A model generated the notes under the pieces. The model searched no databases. It was not told the origin of the DNA and saw nothing but the letters and a program-made list of their open reading frames with translations. A program made the translations under genes and the position numbers. A stretch of DNA of 64,000 nt from an uncultured Gemmatimonadales bacterium (lineage in GTDB: Bacteria; Gemmatimonadota; Gemmatimonadetes; Gemmatimonadales; GWC2-71-9): the NCBI GenBank assembly GCA_963739455.1, contig CAVUAK010000001.1:256001-320000 (forward strand). The letters run 5' to 3'. Positions 40,916 to 48,653 of this stretch are shown piece by piece (positions within the stretch are counted from its first letter, which is position 1; every line of letters starts with the position of its first letter).

Positions 40916-43725
40916 TACTTCAACAGCTTCTCAAACCTCGGATTCCCCTTCAGCGACGCAAACGTCGGATCCAGGGCAAGAAAATTCGGGCCGGGCATCC
41001 CCGGCAGCGCCGCGTTCTGCTCCAGGATGTCCAGCGCACCCGATGGATTACCGAGCGCCAGTTCGATTCGCACCGCATTGATGAGGATGTAGCTGGCCAG
41101 ATCCTGGACGTCGGCTGGCGCAACTCGCGCGCGCGCCACAGCGGCCCGGGCCTCGGCCGGCCGCTTCGCGTAGGCCAGCATCAGTCCGTACAGCACCTGA
41201 AGCTGACCGTCTTGGGGGGCAGCCTCCGCCTGTCGCTTCGATTCAGCCATCGCTGAGTCGGCGTAAGCGCGAGCACGAACAGTGTCACCCGCCTGCCAAT
41301 GCGCCGCCGCCAGCGACTGGCCCCACCAGGCCCGGTCGTTATCGAACGCCTGCGGCGTGAGGCGGAACACCACCTGCCGGTCCTTCTCATCCATGATCCA
41401 GGAAACCTCCTGCCGACCAGACATCTGCGCCGCGATGCTTGGCGCCGGTACGCCCGATTCGATCGCGGCCCGGATCCCCGCTCGCGCCTCATCGAGCTTG
41501 CCTGCTCCGGTACGAGCCATGGCCAGGCCCGCGATCATCCCCAGGTCTCCGGGCTGGAGCAGCAGGGCCGTGCTGTACACCGCCTCGGCGTCGGCCCAGC
41601 GTCGCTGCGCGGCATAGTGGCCGGCCAGTCGCTGAAGCGTGAAGAATGACCGGGGGTCGAGTTCACGCGCCCGCTCGAGCTTCGCGACCGCGGCGTCGCG
41701 GTCCCCATGCCGCTGGTCGGTGAGCGATGCGGACGCCAGCACCTCCGCGTCCGAGGGGGCGGCCTGCAGTGCCCGCTCGATTGCCGCGTCTGCCTGGGCG
41801 TAGTCCCGGCTCACGAGCTCGTGGTAGCGCGCGGCGGCAAGATTGGTCCGGTAGTTCTGTGGATTCAGGGTCATCGCGTGGTCGAGCGCGTCCTTCGCCC
41901 GCAGGCTTACCTCGGCATTGGGCCCACCGTTGGCAATCAGGCGCGAATTCGCGATCGAGAGCGACGCCCAGGCATCGAAGAAAGTGGAGTCCAGTGCCAC
42001 CGCCTGCTCCAGGAAGGCGATCTGCTCCCGGAGCGACACGAGGTCGCCTCGAGGAATGGCGCGCGCCTTCAGGTACAGCTGGTACGCCGCGACGTTCGCC
42101 GTGGGGCGGCTGCTGAGTTCCTGCTTCTCGCCACCGGCCAGTGCCACGCCCAGGGCGCCCGCCACCCGGCTCGCGATCTGCGACTGCACCTCGAACACAT
42201 CGGTGATGTCGTTGTCGAAGCTCTGCTGCCACTTCACGCTGCCGGTGCGGGCGTCGATCAGCTCCGGTACCACCTGCACCCGGCGCTTTCCCTCTGTGCC
42301 AGCCCAGCGCACCTTGCCCACCAGCAGGTAGTCGGCGTGCAGTTCGTTGGCGATTTCCGTCAGGTTCTTGGCACTGCCCTTGTACTCCGATGTGCTCGAT
42401 GACGCGATGATCTCGAGCCCACGTACCCGCGACAGCTTGCCCCGCACCTCGTCGGCGATGCCGTCCGCGAAGTACTCGTCGGTGGTGGCGCCCTGGTTCT
42501 CGAACGGCAGCACCGCAATCCGGTTGGTACCGGTTGTCGCAGCTGCCGTTCCCGCCCTCCCCGCCTTCCCCGCCCTCCCCGCCATCACGGTCGCCCCGAT
42601 CGCCCACAGCACCACGACCGCGGCACCTGCGATGACCAGGTTGCGCGGCGAGAACAACTTCTTCGGCATCGCATCCACCGCCGCCGACACCGCCTTCGTC
42701 GTCGCCGGCACCACCTCCGTGGCCGGCGCCGTGATCACGGGCGACGAGCCCGACGACATCCCCACCTGCCGCATGGAATCGATGGCCGAGATGAGCGCTT
42801 CGCCCGTGGCGTACCGGTCCACCGGGTTCTTCGCCAGCGCCTTCTGCACCACAGCATCCATCGCCGCCGGCAATCCCTGCCGCACTCCCGTCAGCGTACG
42901 CGGCGCCTCGGTGAGGCTCCGGGTCAGGATGATCCGCGCACTCGGTCCCACGAACGGCGGCTCGCCGGCGAGCATCTCGTACAGGATGGCACCCGTCGCG
43001 TAGATGTCGGCCCGGCCATCGACATCCTTCTCCGCCGTCGCCTGCTCCGGTGCCATGTACTGCGGGGTGCCCACCGCGAGCCCCGTCTTGGTCAGCGACT
43101 CGCCCCCGCCTTCACCCACCGCGCGCGCAATACCGAAGTCGGCGACGAGCGCATGACCTTCGCTGAGGAGGATGTTGGCCGGCTTGATGTCGCGATGCAC
43201 GATGCCCTGGCGGTGCGCGTATGCCAGCGCTTCCGCGATCTCGCGCGCGAGCCGCAGCGCGTCGTCTACCGGAAGCGCGCCCTTCAGCAGCCGCTCCCGC
43301 AGCGTCTCGCCCGGCACGTACGGCATCACGTAGTAGAGCAGCCCCTCCGACTCGCCCGAGTCGTGCATCGGCAGGATGTGCGGATGACTCAGCTGCCCCG
43401 CGATCTCCACCTCGCGCAGGAACCGGTCAGCGCCGAGCGTTGCCGCGAGCTCCGGTCGCATCACCTTCACTGCCACTCGGCGCTTGTGCTTCTGGTCCAT
43501 GGCGAGGTACACCGTCGCCATCCCACCCTCGCCGATGATCTTCTCCACCTTGTAGCGGCCAGCCAGTGCCTCGGTGACCTTCTTCACCTCGAACGCACCC
43601 GTCGTGGCCATGCGCTGCGGCACGCCCGGATCGGTCGGCGTCGCCACACCACAGTGCATGCAGAACTGCGCTTCCATCGGAAGCGGAGTGTGGCATGCAG
43701 GACAGCTGCGCTCAGCTACAGGCAC
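40915..43725 (-). CDS. Ser/Thr kinase K8: Zn-ribbon-kinase-TM-TolB_N-like-TPR
   Basis: Intact 936-aa ORF; close paralog of K7 and K9. Confidence 0.93.
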   Translation of the reverse strand: MPVAERSCPACHTPLPMEAQFCMHCGVATPTDPGVPQRMATTGAFEVKKVTEALAGRYKVEKIIGEGGMATVYLAMDQKHKRRVAVKVMRPELAATLGADRFLREVEIAGQLSHPHILPMHDSGESEGLLYYVMPYVPGETLRERLLKGALPVDDALRLAREIAEALAYAHRQGIVHRDIKPANILLSEGHALVADFGIARAVGEGGGESLTKTGLAVGTPQYMAPEQATAEKDVDGRADIYATGAILYEMLAGEPPFVGPSARIILTRSLTEAPRTLTGVRQGLPAAMDAVVQKALAKNPVDRYATGEALISAIDSMRQVGMSSGSSPVITAPATEVVPATTKAVSAAVDAMPKKLFSPRNLVIAGAAVVVLWAIGATVMAGRAGKAGRAGTAAATTGTNRIAVLPFENQGATTDEYFADGIADEVRGKLSRVRGLEIIASSSTSEYKGSAKNLTEIANELHADYLLVGKVRWAGTEGKRRVQVVPELIDARTGSVKWQQSFDNDITDVFEVQSQIASRVAGALGVALAGGEKQELSSRPTANVAAYQLYLKARAIPRGDLVSLREQIAFLEQAVALDSTFFDAWASLSIANSRLIANGGPNAEVSLRAKDALDHAMTLNPQNYRTNLAAARYHELVSRDYAQADAAIERALQAAPSDAEVLASASLTDQRHGDRDAAVAKLERARELDPRSFFTLQRLAGHYAAQRRWADAEAVYSTALLLQPGDLGMIAGLAMARTGAGKLDEARAGIRAAIESGVPAPSIAAQMSGRQEVSWIMDEKDRQVVFRLTPQAFDNDRAWWGQSLAAAHWQAGDTVRARAYADSAMAESKRQAEAAPQDGQLQVLYGLMLAYAKRPAEARAAVARARVAPADVQDLASYILINAVRIELALGNPSGALDILEQNAALPGMPGPNFLALDPTFASLKGNPRFEKLLK

Positions 43726-43766
43726 GAAGTCTCAGTTCCTCCTCACGCAGTCGCAGTTCCCGCTGT

Positions 43767-46556
43767 TCATGTCCCCTTCGCCACCAGCGCCTCAAACCTC
43801 GGATTCCCCTTGAGTCCCCGGTAGAACGGGTCGATCGAGAGAAAATCGCCCGTCCGGCCATACCCCTCGGCGAACAGCTGCTCGAGATATGTCAGCGCCT
43901 TGTCATTGTCGCCCAGTGCCAGTTCGACCCGCGCGGCGTTGACGAGGGCATAGGCGCGCGTTCGACGGCTATCTGACGGATTCGGCTTCATCGCCAGCGC
44001 CTGCGCGACCGCCGCACGCGCTTCCACCGGCTTCTTCAGCATAAGCCAGCATCAGTCCGTAGAGCACGTGTAATTCGATGTCGCCTGGACTGTCGTCCGC
44101 CTGTTTCCTCGACATCGCCAGGGCCGAGTCCGCGTATGCGCGCGCACGCACTGTATCGCCCTGCTGCCGGTAGGCTGTGGCCAGCGACTGCCCCCACCAC
44201 GCACGGTCATTGTCGAAGGCCGACGGCGTCAAGCGATACAACAGCTGCCGCTCGTGGTCCTCGAGGATCCACGAGACTTCCTGCCGCCCGGCGAACTGTG
44301 CCGCGATATCGGTGGCCGGTATCCCACCCTCGATCGCCGCACGGATGCCTGCTCGCGCTGCGTCCAGCTTCCCCTGACGCACCCGCTGCATAGCCAGGGC
44401 CTGGAGCGCCGCCAGGTTCGTCGGCTGGAGGATCATCTGTGTGACGTATGCCTCTTCCGCATCCGCGGGCCGGCCTGACACGGCAGAGAGATCGCCGATG
44501 CGCTGCACAATGCCGTAGGACCGGGGATCGATTTCCCTCGCCCGCTGCAGCTTGGCGAGCGCAGAATCGACCTGATTGTGGCGTACGTCCATGTTCGCGG
44601 CCGCAGCCAGGACATCGGCATCGTTCGGTGCGGCCTGCAGTGCCAGTGATATCTCCGCGTCGGCCAGCTCCAGGTTCCCCGCGATCACCGCCTGGTAGCG
44701 TCCGTTGGCGATGTGGGTCCGCACTCCCTGCGGATCCAGGGCCGTCGCACGATCGAGCGCCTCTTTCGCCCGCCGTGTCACCGTCGAGTCGGTCACGCCA
44801 TTGAGGAACAGCCCCCCGTAAGTGCGAGAAAGATCCGCCCATGCCACGGCAAAGGTCGAGTCCAGCGCCACCGCCTGCTCGAGGTACTGGGCCTGCTGCC
44901 GCAGGCTGCCGACATCCACGACTGGGATCGCTCTCGCCTTCAGGAACAACTGGTACGCTGCGACATTCGCCGTTGGCCGGCTCTTCACCTCATTGGATTC
45001 CCCGGACGCCAGCGCCACACCCAGCGCGCCGGCCACCTTGGTCGCGATCTGTGACTGCACCTCGAACACGTCGGAAATCTCGTTGTCGAACGTCTGCTGC
45101 CACTTCACGCTGCCGGTGCGGGTGTCGATCAGCACCGGCACCACCTGCACCCGCCGCTTGCCGCCTTCCGTGCCGGCCCAGCGCACCTTGCCCACCAGCA
45201 GGTAGTCGGCGTTCAACTCCTTCGCGATCTCGGTCGGCGACTTGGAGGTTCCCTTGTATTCCGAGGCACTCGACGAGGCGATGATCTCGAGCCCCTTCAC
45301 CCGCGAAAGCTTGCCCCGTACTTCATCGGCGATGCCGTCGGCGAAGTAGTCATCGGCCGTGGCACCCTGGTTCTCGAACGGCAGCACCGCGATGCGATTC
45401 CCCGCAGTCACCGACCTCCCCGCCCTCCCCGCCCTCCCCGCCGTCACCACCCACACCACGAGAACCGCCACCGCAGCGATGACCCCGTTGCGGACGTTGA
45501 GCCATTTTGCGCCACCGGCGCTGCCCGCCGCCTTCGTCAGCACTTCGGTTGCGGCCGGCGGCGTGATCGCCGACGATGACGCACTCGTCATCTGCTGCCG
45601 CGCACCATCGAGTGCCGTCACCAGCGCATCGGCCGTCGCGAACCGGTCGCCCGGGTTCTTGGCCAGCGCCTTCGTCACCAGCGCATCGACCGCCGGCGTC
45701 AGCCCTTCGCGCACCGCACTCAGTGCCCGCGGCCGCTCGGTGAGGCTCCGGGTCAGGATGATCCGCGCCGTGGGCCCCGTGAACGGCGGCTCCCCCGCGA
45801 TCATCTCGTACAGCACCGAGCCCGTCGCATACACATCCGCCCGCCCGTCCACTTCCTTCTCGCCCGTCGCCTGCTCCGGCGCCATGTACTGCGGCGTCCC
45901 CACCGCCAGGCCGGTGCGCGTGAGCTGCTCCCCGCCGCTGTCGCCCACTGCCCGGCAATGCCGAAGTCGGCCACCAGCGCGTGACCCTCGCTCAGCAGGA
46001 TGTTGGCCGGCTTGATGTCCCGGTGGACGATGTTCCGCCGGTGGGCATAGGCCAGCGCCTCCGACACCTCGCGCGCGAGCTTGAGGGCCTCCTCCACCGG
46101 AAGCGCCCCGTCCCGCTGGAGCCGCTCGCGAAGGGTCTCCCCCTCGATGTAGGGCATGACGTAGTACAGGATGCCGTCCGACTCGCCCGAGTCGTGCATC
46201 GGGAGGATGTGCGGATGACTCAACTGACCCGCGATCTCCACCTCCCGCAGGAACCGCTCGGCGCCGAGGGTGGCGGCCAGCTCCGGCCGCATCACCTTCA
46301 CCGCCACCTTCCGCTTGTGCTTCTGGTCGGTGGCCAGGTACACCGTGGCCATCCCGCCCTCGCCCAGGATCCGCTCCACCTTGTAGCGCCCGGCCAGCGC
46401 CTCCGTCACCTTCGCCACCTCGAACGCACCCGTGCTGGCCACGCGCGGCGGCACCCCCGGGTCAGTCGGGGTGGCGACGCCGCAGTGCATGCAAAACTGC
46501 GCTTCGAGCGGCAGTGGGGTGCTGCAGGCCGGACACGTGCGTTCGCTGGTTTTCAG
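43767..46556 (-). CDS. Ser/Thr kinase K9: Zn-ribbon-kinase-TM-TolB_N-like-TPR; frameshifts near 45950 and 44040; probable CTG start
   Basis: (L)KTSERTCPAC aligns with MPVAERACPAC; pieces in ORFs 45801-46721, 43969-45948 and 43767-44042. Confidence 0.85.
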
Positions 46557-46628
46557 GGTGGTTCCAAGGCGCCGGGGAGGTGCTTTTCTGGACTGTGAAA
46601 TAACGCGGAAAGTACCCACCCCCGCAAC

Positions 46629-46683
46629 TGACCCGAACCGCAGGTTCGGGTCATCGCGAGGCCCGAAGGGCCGTGGCGATCCC
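46629..46683 (+). repeat. Hairpin plus REP-like palindrome, copy 4
   Basis: tgacccgaacc-gca-ggttcgggtca overlapping GTCATCGCGAGG-CCC-GAA-GGG-CC-GTGGCGATCCC. Confidence 0.75.
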
Positions 46684-46786
46684 GGGCGCATGGGCTCGGG
46701 GTCTCCCTCTTCCCGGCGCATCGCCTCGGGGCCCTCCCCTGACCCCTTTTCCGAAATCGGGGTATGATGGAACGGGAGGATGGACC

Positions 46787-47686
46787 ATGACCAGCATCGA
46801 CCATGAACCCGCGACCACGGGTGAGGGCATTACGCGCAAGCCTCTCGACTCCGAGATCGACGTCTACGGCCTGACCCATCAGGGTCTGGTCCGCAAGAAC
46901 AACCAGGACAACTTCCTCGTCGCCACGCTGCACAAGCGCATCGACGTCAAGTTCAGCAGCCTCGACCACGGCAACGACAGCATCGCCGCCGATGAACGGC
47001 TCGCCTTCATCATGATGGTGGCCGATGGCGTGGGCGGCACCGAGCATGGGGAGGCGGCCAGCCGCCTCACTGTTGAATCGGTTTCCAGCTACGTGAGCGA
47101 GGCGATGCGCTGCTACTACAGCACCAAGGGCAGCGGCAGTGAAACGTCGCTCACCGAGGTCCTCGAGCAGGCGGCCCGCCAGTGCCACGAGAACGTCTGC
47201 CGGCACGCTGAGGAGCAGACCATCAAGAGCATGGCCACCACCCTGACGCTGTTTCTCGGCGTGTGGCCCTGGATCTACCTCCTGCAGGTGGGCGACTCCC
47301 GCTGTTACCGCTTCCGCCAGGGTGAGCTGTCCCAGATGACGCGCGACCAGACCATGGCGCAGGAGCTCCTCGACCTGGGCGTCATGGCACCCAACGAGGC
47401 CTCACGGTCGCGGCTCTCCCACGTCCTCTCCAGCGCCATCGGCGGCCAGACGTCAATGCCGATCGTCACCCGGATTCCGTCCGAGTGGCACAACATCTAC
47501 CTGCTCTGCAGTGACGGCCTGACTCGTCATGTCACCGACGACCGTATTCGCGAGGTCCTCTCCGGCATGACCAACGCGAAGGAAGCCTGCGAGACGCTGC
47601 TGCAGGAAGCGCTCGATGGCGGCGGCAGCGACAACATCACCGTCGTGATCAGCCGCGTCGTGCCGGCCCAGGACGTGGCGGCCTAG
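46787..47686 (+). CDS. PP2C-family Ser/Thr phosphatase
   Basis: THQGLVRKNNQD, VADGVGG, QVGDSRCY, LLCSDGL and GGSDNITV; GGGAGGA RBS. Confidence 0.93.
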   Translation: MTSIDHEPATTGEGITRKPLDSEIDVYGLTHQGLVRKNNQDNFLVATLHKRIDVKFSSLDHGNDSIAADERLAFIMMVADGVGGTEHGEAASRLTVESVSSYVSEAMRCYYSTKGSGSETSLTEVLEQAARQCHENVCRHAEEQTIKSMATTLTLFLGVWPWIYLLQVGDSRCYRFRQGELSQMTRDQTMAQELLDLGVMAPNEASRSRLSHVLSSAIGGQTSMPIVTRIPSEWHNIYLLCSDGLTRHVTDDRIREVLSGMTNAKEACETLLQEALDGGGSDNITVVISRVVPAQDVAA

Positions 47687-48591
47687 CGCCCATCCGGCGT
47701 CACTTCCTCAATGGCGGCGGCCCAGCTCGTCGCCATGAACCTCGAAAAATCCCGCGTCCAGATCAGCGTACAGCCGTCCGGCGAGAAAAACGCGAAGTTG
47801 TCGGTGACGACCGGATCGTTGACCGACGGACCCAGGCGACGCGGCTCCTCCCACACCTCGTTCCGGCGCACACTCACCCAGATATCGGTCTGCTGCGGTT
47901 GCCGCGTCACCAGGTCGCGCTCGGCGATCTCGAGCACGATGGCGTTGCCATCCCGCGAGCGCTCCCCGCCCCACACCAGCAGCGAATCTGGTCGCCATCC
48001 CATCCAGCGGTTCACCAGGCTGTCGGGTACCGGCGCGCTCCACGTGATCCCGTCCTGCGCGCTCAACCACGACTCCGTCACCTTCCAGTCGGGTGACGTA
48101 CGCCGGTACTGCAGCGACCCGTCGGGCAGGGTGCCCAATTGGGAGAAGTAGTAGCCTGGGCTGGCGACCGCGCCGATGGCGTTCGGCTCCCCGAAGCCGC
48201 TGCCCTGCCGGTCGGCCACCCAGAGGGACGCGCTCGGATGGGCCAGCGTGTCGCCCGGTGCCCGGCGATACGACGCGAAGACCAGCCGCCTCCCGTCACT
48301 CGTGAAGGCGGGGTAGAGGTCCGACGCCTCGGCCCCGATCGTCATCTGCTGCGGCGCTCCCCACCCTCGCCCGCCCAGCACCGAGCGGAAGAGCCTGTAA
48401 TTCTCTGCGCGTGGATCGCTGCCGACCTTCTTGAAGAACCAGAGCTCGCGTCCATCGAGCGAGAGTGCGCCGTGGTACAGCCGCCCACTGTCCGCGACGG
48501 AAGGTGCAAACTCCGCCGGCGGCGGTGCCGGGCAGGCCTGTGCCGCCAGCACTGCAGGAAATGCGAGGTAGACGAGCAGGACGAACTTCAT
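47683..48591 (-). CDS. Secreted PD40/TolB-like repeat protein
   Basis: Signal peptide; SLDGRELWF, TSDGRRLVF and FSPDG repeats. Confidence 0.75.
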   Translation of the reverse strand: MKFVLLVYLAFPAVLAAQACPAPPPAEFAPSVADSGRLYHGALSLDGRELWFFKKVGSDPRAENYRLFRSVLGGRGWGAPQQMTIGAEASDLYPAFTSDGRRLVFASYRRAPGDTLAHPSASLWVADRQGSGFGEPNAIGAVASPGYYFSQLGTLPDGSLQYRRTSPDWKVTESWLSAQDGITWSAPVPDSLVNRWMGWRPDSLLVWGGERSRDGNAIVLEIAERDLVTRQPQQTDIWVSVRRNEVWEEPRRLGPSVNDPVVTDNFAFFSPDGCTLIWTRDFSRFMATSWAAAIEEVTPDGR

Positions 48592-48653
48592 GGGTGACCT
48601 CCAGGATCGACCGGCGCAACTTACCGGTGCTTTCTACCGTCTACTCTTCATTA

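Noticed and set aside
2817..46556. Calling frameshifted kinases and other genes pseudogenes
   Set aside because: Catalytic motifs are intact, lesions are single-base indels and the pattern fits sequencing error.
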